Positions 28,738 through 38,142 of a DNA stretch of 64,000 nucleotides are shown here, one piece after another. Each line of letters begins with the position of its first letter. Position 1 is the stretch's first letter. The position numbers and the translations under genes were made by a program. The stretch covers positions 15,927-79,926 of the forward strand of contig JBBQUW010000003.1 of NCBI GenBank assembly GCA_038212095.1. Reading direction: 5' to 3'. The notes under the pieces are model-generated. The model was not told the origin of the DNA. It did not search any database and was given only the letters and a program-made list of their open reading frames with translations. Source of the stretch: Gaiellales bacterium (GTDB lineage Bacteria; Actinomycetota; Thermoleophilia; Gaiellales; JAICJC01).

Positions 28738-30306
28738 TCAGTCGCCGGCGGGCCGGGTGAACGGCACGCTGCGCAGCACGGGCTCGCGCACGTGCTCGTC
28801 CACCACCGCGGGTGGCAGCGCGACGCCGATCCGGCCGGAGGCGTCCGACTCCGGCTCCAGCCCCTCCAACAGCTTGTCGATCTGGTCGCGCTCGAGCGTC
28901 TCCTCTTCGAGCAGGCCGCTGGCGAGCAGCTCGAGGTGGCGGCGGTGCGACTCGACCAGCCGCAGCGCCTCGGCGTAGGCGGCGTCGGTGATCTCTCGCT
29001 GCTCCTTGTCACGCAGCTGCTTGGTCTGCTCGGAGAGGGCGTAGTTGTCGGCCCGCATCTGCTGCGAGCTGGTCGATTTGCCCATGCCCCACTCGAACAC
29101 CATCGACCGGGCGATCGTGGTCGCCCGCTCGAGGTCGTTGGCGGCGCCGTTGGTGATGCGGCCAAACACGATCTGCTCGGCCGCGCGCCCGCCCAGCGTC
29201 ACCTTCAGCCAGTCCTCCAGCTCGTCCTTGGAGAGCACGTAGCGATCCTCCTCGGGCAGGCTCATCATGAACCCCAACGCGCGGCCGCGGGGCACGATCG
29301 TGACCTTGTGGATGTCGGCAGCCATCAGCCGTGCCACCAGAGCGTGGCCGGCCTCGTGGTAGGCGATCACCCGCTTCTCCTTATCCGTGATCAGCTTGCG
29401 CTGTTGCAGCCCGGCCACCACTCGCTCCACCGCTGCGTTGAAGTCGAGCTGGGTCAGCTCATCGCGCTTGGCGCGACCGGCCACGATCGCCGCCTCGTTG
29501 CAGATGTTCGCCAAGTCGGCGCCTGTCAGGCCGGACGTCTGGCGGGCGATCCGGCGCAGGTCGACGTGTTCGGCGAGTGGCTTGTTGCGCGTGTGCACGG
29601 CCAGGATCTCGGCTCGCCCCTTCAGGTCGGGCGAGGAGACGTGGATCTGGCGGTCGAAGCGTCCCGGACGCAGCAGCGCCGGATCGAGGTCCTCGAGCCG
29701 GTTCGAGGCGCCCATGATGATCAGCTGCTCGGCCTCCTCGAACCCGTCCAGCTCGACCAGCAGCTGGTTCAGCGTCTGGTCGTGCTCCCGGTTGTTACCA
29801 CTGCCGCTCCGGCTCGTGCCGACCGCGTCCAGCTCGTCGATGAAGATGATTGCCGGCTGGTGCTTGCGCGCCTCCAGAAAGAGCCGGCGGATGCGGGCCG
29901 AGCCCACGCCGACGAACATCTCGACGAACGACGAGGCGCTCTGGAAGTAGAAGTTGGCGCCCGACTCGGTCGCGATCGCCTTTGCCATCAGCGTCTTGCC
30001 GGTGCCAGGCGGGCCGTACAGCAACACGCCCTTGGGCACCCGCGCGCCCAGCTTCTTGAACCGCTTGGGATCCTTCAGAAACTCGACGATCTCCTGCAGC
30101 TCGTCGCGGGCCTCGTCCGCTCCGGCGACATCCTCCCAGCGCACCTTGCTGCCGCTGGACGGGACGATCTTCTGCGGCTTGGTGTTGGGCATCGCCCGCC
30201 ACATCTTCCACATGATGAAGACGAGCAGACTGATCAGGATGAGTGGCAGCAACGGCAACAGCCAGCTGAACAGCCACACAGCAAACCCGCGAAGAAAGTC
30301 AATCAC
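28738..30306 (-). CDS. ftsH: FtsH-like AAA+ zinc metalloprotease, short form without a periplasmic domain
   Basis: GPPGTGKT is the Walker A, IIFIDELDA is the Walker B, the SRH region is present, and HEAGHALV is the zinc site. Only about 55 aa, a single hydrophobic stretch, precede the AAA module. Confidence 0.88.
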   Translation of the reverse strand: MIDFLRGFAVWLFSWLLPLLPLILISLLVFIMWKMWRAMPNTKPQKIVPSSGSKVRWEDVAGADEARDELQEIVEFLKDPKRFKKLGARVPKGVLLYGPPGTGKTLMAKAIATESGANFYFQSASSFVEMFVGVGSARIRRLFLEARKHQPAIIFIDELDAVGTSRSGSGNNREHDQTLNQLLVELDGFEEAEQLIIMGASNRLEDLDPALLRPGRFDRQIHVSSPDLKGRAEILAVHTRNKPLAEHVDLRRIARQTSGLTGADLANICNEAAIVAGRAKRDELTQLDFNAAVERVVAGLQQRKLITDKEKRVIAYHEAGHALVARLMAADIHKVTIVPRGRALGFMMSLPEEDRYVLSKDELEDWLKVTLGGRAAEQIVFGRITNGAANDLERATTIARSMVFEWGMGKSTSSQQMRADNYALSEQTKQLRDKEQREITDAAYAEALRLVESHRRHLELLASGLLEEETLERDQIDKLLEGLEPESDASGRIGVALPPAVVDEHVREPVLRSVPFTRPAGD

Positions 30307-30347
30307 CGTACCCCAGCGTACCTCTTATTGTGCGCTCCGCAAAATCA

Positions 30348-31163
30348 TCAGGTGCGATCGCGGTCGCGAGGCGCCCCCTCGAGGCGCAGCACCTCGTCCA
30401 GCGCGGCCTCGGCCACGGCCAGCTCGTCCGGCGTCGGCTCGCGTGTGGCCGCGACCCGCTGCAGCTCGTAGCCCGGCCGGCGCAGCGCACGCGCCAGAAG
30501 GCTGTCGGAGTGCCGAGTCATCCACGCGAAGGCCTCGGTCGCAACGCCGATCGCGGCGACGCCGGCGAACAGCCGCGCGGGGCCTCGACGGCGGGCCGGC
30601 AGCCGGTTGACGAGCACGTTTCCGACCACGGTCGCGGCCAGCATCGGCCCCACCATGTGGGATCCACAGCGCTCGTGCTCCTTGGTCGCGTCGATCGCGG
30701 CGTCGCCGTGCTCGTAGCCCCCGATCGCCTTGTGCTCGGCGCCGTGATAGCCGGCAACCTGTGATCCTCGCAGCGACGCGAGCGCCGGCGCCAGCGACAG
30801 CCCGGCTCCCAGCAGCTCGGCCGGCAGGGGCGCCAGCCCGCTGCGTCGAATCGCCCGTCCCAGCACCACCGAGGCGGCCATCGCACCGGCGGTGGACGCG
30901 CCCTCCATCGGCAGCCGCGCCTCGGGCAGCCGGCGGCGAACTATCGGCAGCAGATATCCGGCCTCCGCCACGCGTAGCACGCCGCGCAGCCCCGGCACCG
31001 CCAGCAGCGACTGCGGCAGCTCGGGCTTGCGTCCCGACGCCAGCCGCAGCTCGCCGTCCTCGGTGCGCACCGCCGCCGCCCAGTGGTCGAGGCTGTGCAC
31101 CATGATGCCGTTGCGCAGCGCCATGCCGCCCAGCCGCACGCGATGATCGTCGATCGTGCTCAC
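30348..31163 (-). CDS. DUF1385-family membrane protein
   Basis: GGMALRNGIMVHS...YHGAEHKAIG is the DUF1385 signature. I placed the start at GTG 31163. Confidence 0.78.
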   Translation of the reverse strand: MSTIDDHRVRLGGMALRNGIMVHSLDHWAAAVRTEDGELRLASGRKPELPQSLLAVPGLRGVLRVAEAGYLLPIVRRRLPEARLPMEGASTAGAMAASVVLGRAIRRSGLAPLPAELLGAGLSLAPALASLRGSQVAGYHGAEHKAIGGYEHGDAAIDATKEHERCGSHMVGPMLAATVVGNVLVNRLPARRRGPARLFAGVAAIGVATEAFAWMTRHSDSLLARALRRPGYELQRVAATREPTPDELAVAEAALDEVLRLEGAPRDRDRT

Positions 31164-31255
31164 AGATCGAGTATAGGCTTCATCGCATCTCGCACGACCT
31201 CTTTGCAGACGCGGCCAGCGACCGGCTGGATGCTCAGGCGCCGCTGCCACAGCGG

Positions 31256-32434
31256 GTGCGGCCCCACGCCCTGGACGAGTACGCCGGCCAGAGCGACGTG
31301 ATCGGCGAGGGCAGCGCGCTGCGACGCGCGATCGCGGAGGACAGGGTGGGGTCGATGATCTTCTTCGGGCCGCCTGGCACCGGCAAGACGACACTGGCGC
31401 GGATCGTCGCCCACTCCACCCTGGCTCACTTCGAGGAGCTGTCGGCCGTCCAGGTCGGCATCGCCGACGTGCGGCGGGTGCTGTCTGAGTCCGAGCAGCG
31501 GTTGGGCGCGACCGGGCAGAAGACGATCCTGTTCCTGGACGAGATCCACCGCTTCAACAAGGGCCAGCAGGATGCGCTGCTGCCGGCGGTCGAGTCGGGA
31601 CTGGTGACGCTGATCGGGGCCACCACCGAGAACCCCTACTTCGAGGTCAACTCGGCGCTGCTGTCGCGCTGCCAGCTGTACGAGCTGCAGCCGCTGACCC
31701 GCGAGGAGCTGTCTGGAATCGTCGGTCGCGGCGAGCGGGCGCTGGGCGTTGAGCTGACCGAGGAGAGCCGCGCCGAGATCGTTGCCTCGGCCGGCGGCGA
31801 TGCCCGAAACGCGCTCAACATCCTCGAGTCGGCGACGGCGGCGGCTGCCGGCGAGGCGGTGACCGTCGACCACGTCCACGACGCAGCGCGCAAGCGACCG
31901 CTGCTCTACGACAAGGGCGGCGACCACCACTACGACGTCGCCAGCGCGTTCATCAAGAGCATGCGCGGCTCGGATGCCGATGCCGCCATCTACTACCTGG
32001 CGGTGATGATCGCGGGCGGCGAGGATCCCAAGTTCATCGCTCGCCGGATCGTCATCTTCGCCTCCGAGGATGTCGGCAACGCCGATCCTCAGGCGCTGCC
32101 GGTGGCGATCGCCGCCGCCCGGGCGGTCGAGTTCGTCGGGCTGCCCGAGTGCCGCATCAACCTCGCCCAGGCGGTCGCCTACCTCGCGCGTGCGCCGAAG
32201 TCGAATGCCAGCTACCGAGCGATCGACCGCGCACTGGCCGACGTTCGCGAGCGCGGCACCCTGCGTCCCCCCAAGCCGCTGCGCGACGCCAGCTATCCCG
32301 GCGCGGCCAAGCTGGGACATGGCCAGGGGTACAAGTATCCGCATGACCAGCCCGAAGGCTGGGAGGAGCAGCGCTACTTACCCGACGAGCTGCTGGGCAC
32401 GGTGTACTACGAGCCCAGCGACGGCGAGCGGTGA
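31256..32434 (+). CDS. rarA: Replication-associated recombination protein A (AAA+ ATPase)
   Basis: [11 protein letters not shown]...[13 protein letters not shown]...[10 protein letters not shown] plus the MgsA C-terminal domain. The in-frame upstream codons (APLPQR) still look RarA-like, but no canonical start lies upstream of GTG 31256. Confidence 0.9.
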   Translation: MRPHALDEYAGQSDVIGEGSALRRAIAEDRVGSMIFFGPPGTGKTTLARIVAHSTLAHFEELSAVQVGIADVRRVLSESEQRLGATGQKTILFLDEIHRFNKGQQDALLPAVESGLVTLIGATTENPYFEVNSALLSRCQLYELQPLTREELSGIVGRGERALGVELTEESRAEIVASAGGDARNALNILESATAAAAGEAVTVDHVHDAARKRPLLYDKGGDHHYDVASAFIKSMRGSDADAAIYYLAVMIAGGEDPKFIARRIVIFASEDVGNADPQALPVAIAAARAVEFVGLPECRINLAQAVAYLARAPKSNASYRAIDRALADVRERGTLRPPKPLRDASYPGAAKLGHGQGYKYPHDQPEGWEEQRYLPDELLGTVYYEPSDGER

Positions 32435-32482
32435 CGGGTCGGTAGCCGGCGCGGGCAGTGATGCCCGGCGACCGCCACCGCG

Positions 32483-33412
32483 TCACAGGATGCGTGCGCC
32501 GATGGCCGACAGCACCAGCTCGACCGCGAGCGTGCCGGTTGCGTTGCGCGCGTCCAGCACCGGGTTCACCTCGACCACCTCCACCGACGACATCTTGCCG
32601 CTGGTGGCGATCATCTCCATCGCCAGGTGAGCCTCGCGGTAGGTGATGCCGCCGCGCACCGGCGTCCCCACGCCGGGCGCCTGATCGGGGTCGAGCACAT
32701 CCATGTCCAGCGAGACGTGCATGAACGGCGCGCCGGAGGCGATCGAGATCGCCTCCTCCATCACGTCGCGCATGCCGCGCCGGTCGACGTCCTCCATCGT
32801 GAATACGCGCACGCCCACCTCGCGCAGCCGCGCGCGCTCGCCGGCATCCACGCTGCGCACTCCCACCAGCGCCGTGTGCTGCTCAAGGATCATCGGCAAC
32901 GGCCAGGCGGAGCTCTCGAAGCGGGGATCGTTGGCCAACCCCAGCGCCACCGCCAGCGGCATACCGTGCACGTTGCCGCTGGGCGACGTGGTGGGAGAGT
33001 TGATGTCGGTGTGAGCATCCATCCACAGCACGCCACCGGCAGCGCCGTGCACGCGGGCGAGACCACCCAGCGTGCCGATCGCGATCGAGTGGTCGCCGCC
33101 CAGCACAAGCGGCATCTCGCCCTCAGACACGGTCGCCGCCACGTGGTCTGCAAGCTCCTCGCACGTACGTTTGATCGCGCTCCAGTACCGCGCGGACGGA
33201 TCGCCCTCGTCCAACGCCTCGACCATGCCGGTGCGGACGTTGCCGTGATCGTGCACCGATAGCCCCAGCTCCTCGATCCGCTCGCCGAGCAGCGCGTAGC
33301 GGATCGCAGACGGCCCCATGTCGACACCGCGCCGGCCGGAGCCGAGATCGAGTGCGGCGCCGATCACGCCCACCGGGCGCGCATCCTGCAGCGATGGGTG
33401 AGAGGCGGTCAC
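32483..33412 (-). CDS. rocF: Arginase
   Basis: GGDHSIAIG, WMDAHTDINSP, SGNVHGMPLAV and SLDMDVLDP are the ureohydrolase Mn-binding motifs. GTG 33412 is chosen as the start; GTG 33424 is an alternative. Confidence 0.85.
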   Translation of the reverse strand: MTASHPSLQDARPVGVIGAALDLGSGRRGVDMGPSAIRYALLGERIEELGLSVHDHGNVRTGMVEALDEGDPSARYWSAIKRTCEELADHVAATVSEGEMPLVLGGDHSIAIGTLGGLARVHGAAGGVLWMDAHTDINSPTTSPSGNVHGMPLAVALGLANDPRFESSAWPLPMILEQHTALVGVRSVDAGERARLREVGVRVFTMEDVDRRGMRDVMEEAISIASGAPFMHVSLDMDVLDPDQAPGVGTPVRGGITYREAHLAMEMIATSGKMSSVEVVEVNPVLDARNATGTLAVELVLSAIGARIL

Positions 33413-33572
33413 GCGGCCGAACACTACCCAACCGGCGCCGGTGGCGGCCGGGCGACGAGAACGCAGCTGCACAATTGCCTCTAAAGGGTTACGCGGAAGC
33501 GCCGATAAGGCTAGGGACCCCGGCGTCTCCCCCGACGCCACGCCACACCAGCAGTACAGGAGGCCCGTACAC

Positions 33573-34739
33573 ATGGTCGATCTGGCGAGCATTCGCAACG
33601 CCTCGTTTTCGCTGACGCCCACCGGCTACAACCCGGAGCAGGTCGATCGCTTCCTGGGAGAGCTGGCGGATGGCGGCGTGGACACGGTCGGGCAGTCGGA
33701 ACTCCGCAACGCCTCGTTCTCGCTGACCCCCACCGGGTACAACCCGGAGGAGGTCGATCTGTTTCTGGGCTCGATCGCCGATCAGCTGGCCGCCGCTCCG
33801 GCGCCGTTGAATGCGCAGAACGAGCCCCCGTCCTTCCCGCAGGCCGAGGTCGAGGCGCCCGAGCCGGCTGTCGAGGCTGAGGTGGCCGAGCCGGTTCTCG
33901 AAGCTGAGGTGGCCGGGCAGCCGGAGGCCGAGGCCGAGGTGGCCGAGCCGGTTCTCGAGGCTGAGGTGGCCCAGCAGCCGGAGGCCGAGCAGTACGACGT
34001 GGAGCCCGAGGCCGAGCACTCTTCTGTCGAGGCTGAGCAGCCCCCGACGGTCGAGGCCGAGCTGTTCCAGCCCGAGCCCGAGCTGTACACGTCCGAGGCC
34101 GAGCCGTACACGTCTGAGTCCGAGCTGGAGCAGCACGACCGGGCCGCCGACGAAGCCCCCGTGGCGCAGCTGCCCGAGCCGATCGTCGCCGACCGGCCCC
34201 CGGTCGCGCTGAGCGCTCTATCTGGGGCTGTCGAGACGGCGATCGCCGCGCTAGACGGCTTTCTCAAGAACGAGCTGCGCTCGGTGCGCGAGGCCAGCGC
34301 GCTCGAGATCGAGGACATCCTGGCCGAGCGCCGGCGACTGGTCGAGCAGGCCGAGCAGGTCGCCCGCGGGCACATCGACGACACCAACGCACATGCCGAG
34401 CGAATCCTCGCCGACGCCCGCCGCGAGGGCGAGCAGATGCGGGCACGGTTCGAGCAAGAGCTGCGCGCCGAGCGCGAGCGGTTCGAGCAGGCGCTGGCAG
34501 ACCGCGACACCCAGGCCCAGGCGCGCGTGGCCGAGGTGCTCGAGGCGGCCGAGGCTCGCCGTCGCGAAGCGGACGAGCTGGTGGCGAGCGCAGCCCAGGC
34601 ACAGGCTCACATGCTGGCGTCGTTCGAAACGGCGCGCAGCTCGCTGATCCAGGCCGCGGAACGCACCTGGCCGGCCGACGTCCAAGCGCTGTCGCAGGAC
34701 GAGGACGCGGATGAGCACGACGCCTCAGCCGCAGCTTGA
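33573..34739 (+). CDS. DivIVA-domain protein with a duplicated N-terminal motif, an acidic repeat region and a C-terminal coiled coil
   Basis: Internal ATG at 33573 with AGGAGG 9 nt upstream. RNASFSLTPTGYNPE(Q/E)VD.FLG occurs twice. The EAEVAEPVLEAEVA repeats and a long Arg/Glu-rich helix follow. Confidence 0.85.
   Translation: MVDLASIRNASFSLTPTGYNPEQVDRFLGELADGGVDTVGQSELRNASFSLTPTGYNPEEVDLFLGSIADQLAAAPAPLNAQNEPPSFPQAEVEAPEPAVEAEVAEPVLEAEVAGQPEAEAEVAEPVLEAEVAQQPEAEQYDVEPEAEHSSVEAEQPPTVEAELFQPEPELYTSEAEPYTSESELEQHDRAADEAPVAQLPEPIVADRPPVALSALSGAVETAIAALDGFLKNELRSVREASALEIEDILAERRRLVEQAEQVARGHIDDTNAHAERILADARREGEQMRARFEQELRAERERFEQALADRDTQAQARVAEVLEAAEARRREADELVASAAQAQAHMLASFETARSSLIQAAERTWPADVQALSQDEDADEHDASAAA
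33594..33769 (+). repeat. Direct repeat of 65 nt (33594..33658 and 33705..33769, 111-nt period) encoding the duplicated DivIVA motif
   Basis: Aligned by eye. The copies are near-identical, with a few silent or conservative differences. Confidence 0.85.
33879..33989 (+). repeat. Tandem 57-nt (19-codon) repeat, two copies, inside the DivIVA-like gene
   Basis: GAGGTGGCCGAGCCGGTTCTCGA(A/G)GCTGAGGTGGCC..GCAGCCGGAGGCCGAG occurs twice back to back. Confidence 0.85.
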
Positions 34740-35742
34740 CAAGCAGCTCGCGCCGTTCAGCCTGATCTCGGCCGAGACCGGGGACGCCGTTGCGATCGAC
34801 CAGCTGACGGCCACCGGCCCGGCCGTTCTCGCGTGGGTCGAGTCCGGTACCAGCGATGACGAACGCGGCACGATGCTGCGGGAGTTGGGCGAGCAGATCG
34901 CGCGCTCGCCGGCTCGGCTGGCGGTCATCTCGGCCGCCCGCGACTCCGTTATGGGAAAGCAGCTCTCGGCCGTTCGGGCGGCCGAGTGGCTGACCGATCC
35001 AAGTGGCGAGGCGTCACGGGCGCTGGGCATGGTCGACCGCCGCCGCATGCGGCGCGACCGCCGTCACGAAGGCGTGTTCGTCGTCGACCAGCAGCGGGTG
35101 CTGCGGCTGGCCTTCGTCGCCCAGGAGCCCGGCCAGTGGATCCCGGCCTCGTTCATCTCGTCCCGGCTCGACCGGCTGGGCGCAGTCGCCGAGCCGGCGC
35201 CCGAGATCGACCCGGCAGCGGCCGGCGAGGCCGAGCTGGAGGCGCTGGTGCGCGCGATCGGACAGCAGCTGGGTCTCTCCCCCAACGAGCTAACACAGCT
35301 GGCCACCGCGAGCCGCTTCCGCGACCTCGGCATGAGCGTCGTGCCGGACGAGATCATCACCAAACAGGGGCCGCTGAGCGACGACGAGTGGGCGATCATC
35401 CGCCAGCACCCCGAGCGGTCGGCTGAGATGCTGGGCGACAGCCCGCTGTTTGCCACCGTGCGCGAGATCGTGCGCGCCAGCCACGAGCACATCGACGGCA
35501 GCGGCTACCCCAACGGCCTGTCCGGTGCCGACATCCCGCTCGGCTCGCGGATCCTGCTGGTCGCCGACGCCTACCTGGCGATCGTGTTCGGACGCGCGTA
35601 TCACGACGACGGGCCAAGCCGCGAGCCGGTGGACGAGCTGCGGACCGAGTCCGGCACCCGCTACGACCCGGCCGTGATTGAAGCGCTTGCCGGCGTGCTG
35701 AGCTGCAGCCGAGCCCGCGCCGCCGGCATGCAGCCGGTCTGA
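34711..35742 (+). CDS. Two-domain protein: a Cys-less peroxiredoxin/Bcp-like N-domain fused to a degenerate HD-GYP domain
   Basis: The C-terminal part shows HEHIDGSGYPNGL...RILLVADAY (GYP half intact), but the HDIGK position reads RDLGM. The N-terminal part follows a Bcp-like pattern without the PxxxTxxC cysteine. It overlaps the DivIVA gene by 29 nt. Confidence 0.75.
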   Translation: MSTTPQPQLDKQLAPFSLISAETGDAVAIDQLTATGPAVLAWVESGTSDDERGTMLRELGEQIARSPARLAVISAARDSVMGKQLSAVRAAEWLTDPSGEASRALGMVDRRRMRRDRRHEGVFVVDQQRVLRLAFVAQEPGQWIPASFISSRLDRLGAVAEPAPEIDPAAAGEAELEALVRAIGQQLGLSPNELTQLATASRFRDLGMSVVPDEIITKQGPLSDDEWAIIRQHPERSAEMLGDSPLFATVREIVRASHEHIDGSGYPNGLSGADIPLGSRILLVADAYLAIVFGRAYHDDGPSREPVDELRTESGTRYDPAVIEALAGVLSCSRARAAGMQPV

Positions 35743-35754
35743 GCGGATCGGCAG

Positions 35755-36255
35755 TCAGCCGCCGCGGGCAATGCGCCGGTCGCCGGAGGGGCGACCACGC
35801 CGCAGGGCTGTCGCCGCCGCCCACGCGCTGACTCGCTCGGAGTTGTGCGCCACCCAGAGGCACACGAGCGCCAGCGGCCCCTCGGCGATGCCGGCCATCA
35901 CCGCCGCGACCACCACCTGGTGCGCGCCACGCGACGTCATCACGTCGAACCACGCGTCGCAGATCAGCAGCGTGGCGGCGGCGGCAGCCGTGCCCTGCGT
36001 CCAGGCCGAGCCGCGCAGGGCGCCGACCGCGGTCGCAAACAGGGTTGCCGCGAGCGCCAGGTCGAACCCCGCCCAGGCGAGATCCCAGTTGTCGGCGGTG
36101 GCACGGGCGGGCAGCGAGTCATACAGCCAGATCGTCCAGGGCAGCAGCGCCATCGAACCGGCCACGAACGCGTAGGCCAGCCAGCGCGGCGCCGGTCGCA
36201 CCTCGGGCATGCCGGCCCCGGGTGACGGAGTGGCCGCTGGGTTCTCGCCGCTCAT
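35755..36255 (-). CDS. Hypothetical integral membrane protein
   Basis: 166 aa with four predicted TM helices. I recognise no family. Confidence 0.6.
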   Translation of the reverse strand: MSGENPAATPSPGAGMPEVRPAPRWLAYAFVAGSMALLPWTIWLYDSLPARATADNWDLAWAGFDLALAATLFATAVGALRGSAWTQGTAAAAATLLICDAWFDVMTSRGAHQVVVAAVMAGIAEGPLALVCLWVAHNSERVSAWAAATALRRGRPSGDRRIARGG

Positions 36256-36336
36256 CAGCGGAAGCGTAGACGCAGTCGGCGGCCCGGCGGCGTGCGCCGA
36301 TGACCGGCATCCGCCTGGCCCACCGTGTGGGGGGCC

Positions 36337-37986
36337 TCACGCCGCATGGCTCGCACGGCAATAGCACGAGGCCCTGATCGGGACGGTGGCGCGGGCCAGC
36401 GCGAGGTCGAGTCGCGGTTTCACGAGCGCGGCCTGCTCGGTCTTGGACAGCCGCCGCAGGCACTCGTGGAAGCCGTGCAGGCTCCAGACGTTGTCGGGGT
36501 GCTGGCACGGGCGGCTGAGCGTACCGTCGAGGCCCAGGTCGGCGCGATAGACGGCCTCCGCCTCCTCCAGCCGCCCCTGCTCCAGCAACAGCGCCCCCAG
36601 CGCATGGCGGGTGGGCTGCATCCAGCCCCATGGCTCGTCGTAGGGAAGGCCGTCGTCCAGCTCGACCGAGCGGCGGAGATGCGCGAACGCCGCATCGTGG
36701 TTGCCCTTGCGGTACTCGACCTCGCCGTTCAGCATCTCGCCTGCGACCGCGAGCAGGTCGAGACAGGTGTTGTTGAACAGGTACCGGCTGTCCGGCACGC
36801 GGGCAACGGCCTCGCCGAACAGCCGCCGCTGTTCCTCGGCGGCGGCGACGTCGCCCAGCGCTCCGTGCGCGACGCCCTTGGCGTAGTGCAGCATCGCCGT
36901 GGTGGTGCAGTACAGATCGCGATCGGCCGGGAAGGGCTGCTCGACGATCATCTGCCACAGGCCGAATCGCACCAGCACGTGCAGCCGCATCGGCACGAAA
37001 CCCTCCGCCCAGTCGGCCATCGGCGGCACGTCGATCCGCAACAGCTCCTCGGGCAACGTGGCGATCATCTCGTCAGCGGCGGCGAGCGCCGGCTCAAGCT
37101 GGCCCAGGAACATCGCGCCATAGATCTTGAAGTGGTAGTCGTGGCAGCGGTACAGCGAGTAGAAGTTGAGCGCGCCCTCCCGCTCGAGGAAGCGGCGATC
37201 GGCCTCGATCGCCCGCTCGTTCGAGGCGACGACGTCGCGGTACTGGCCGCAGAGCACGTCGATGTGGGTCGGCATGTGCTGCAGGTGGCCGGCATCGGGT
37301 ACCAACCCTCTCAGCTGATCGGCGGCCCACAGCGCGTGCTCTGGGTGCGGGGACATCTCCATGGTGTGGATGTAGATGTGCAGCAGCCCGGGGTGCGGCG
37401 AGCTGGTCGCCGCCATCGCCTGCTCCAGCACCTCGAGCGCCTCGAGCGTGTCGGCTCCCTCGGCCGGCTCACCGGTCTCCAGGTTCCAGAGCTGCCAGGG
37501 CGTGCGGCCGACCAGCGCCTCGGCAAACAGCGTGGCCACGTCGGCGTCGCCGGGAAAGCGGGAGCGTACGTCGCGCATTGCCGCCGCGTACGCATCGTTC
37601 CAGGCCGCGCAGTCCTCGGCCGGGGTGTCGGCCGGGAAGCGATGCTGGAGCGCCTCGATCAGCGCCCGCTCGACCGGTTCGACGTGGTCGAGCAGCGAGA
37701 GCGCGGAGCCGACAGAGCGGTGGGCCATCGCCACCGCATCGACCAGCTCGTCCGCGCCGAAGGCCGGCCAATCCTTGTTGTAGTTGGGGCCGATCGCGTA
37801 GGCGATGCCCCAGTGCGCCATCGCGCAGCCAGGGTCGAGCTCGACCGCCCGCTGAAAACAGCGCACCGCCTCCTCATGGTTGAAGCCGTAGCACCAGACC
37901 AGGCCGCGGTCGAACCACAGCTGGGCCTCGACCGACGTGGTCGAGACGCGGCGGCCAAAGCCGCCAAGATCGTAGTAGTCAGACAA
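36337..37986 (-). CDS. Tetratricopeptide-repeat protein (conserved, function unknown)
   Basis: 549 aa. WFDRGLVWCYGFNHEEAVRCFQRAVELDPGCAMAHWGIAY and several further TPR-like helices are present. Confidence 0.8.
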   Translation of the reverse strand: MSDYYDLGGFGRRVSTTSVEAQLWFDRGLVWCYGFNHEEAVRCFQRAVELDPGCAMAHWGIAYAIGPNYNKDWPAFGADELVDAVAMAHRSVGSALSLLDHVEPVERALIEALQHRFPADTPAEDCAAWNDAYAAAMRDVRSRFPGDADVATLFAEALVGRTPWQLWNLETGEPAEGADTLEALEVLEQAMAATSSPHPGLLHIYIHTMEMSPHPEHALWAADQLRGLVPDAGHLQHMPTHIDVLCGQYRDVVASNERAIEADRRFLEREGALNFYSLYRCHDYHFKIYGAMFLGQLEPALAAADEMIATLPEELLRIDVPPMADWAEGFVPMRLHVLVRFGLWQMIVEQPFPADRDLYCTTTAMLHYAKGVAHGALGDVAAAEEQRRLFGEAVARVPDSRYLFNNTCLDLLAVAGEMLNGEVEYRKGNHDAAFAHLRRSVELDDGLPYDEPWGWMQPTRHALGALLLEQGRLEEAEAVYRADLGLDGTLSRPCQHPDNVWSLHGFHECLRRLSKTEQAALVKPRLDLALARATVPIRASCYCRASHAA

Positions 37987-38099
37987 TCCAGGCTCCTCTC
38001 GGCCGTGCTGCGCGATCTGCGCGGCGGGGCGACGCTACACGATTTGCCGGCCCCCTCGTGGGCGGAACGGTTCGGCGCACCGGATGATTGGCACAAGCC

Positions 38100-38142
38100 A
38101 TGGCGAGGGGCAGGGTCGAACTGCCGACACCGCGATTTTCAG
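38100..38142 (-). repeat. Partial copy of tRNA-Phe (anticodon loop to 3' end); putative distal att repeat
   Basis: 42 of 43 nt are identical to 40520..40562, in the same orientation. The single mismatch is 38114 g against 40534 a. The flanking sequence cannot form the acceptor or D arms. Confidence 0.8.

Noticed and set aside
31160-32344. 394-aa minus-strand ORF opposite rarA.
   Set aside because: It lies antisense to a gene with unambiguous AAA+ RarA motifs and has no motifs of its own.
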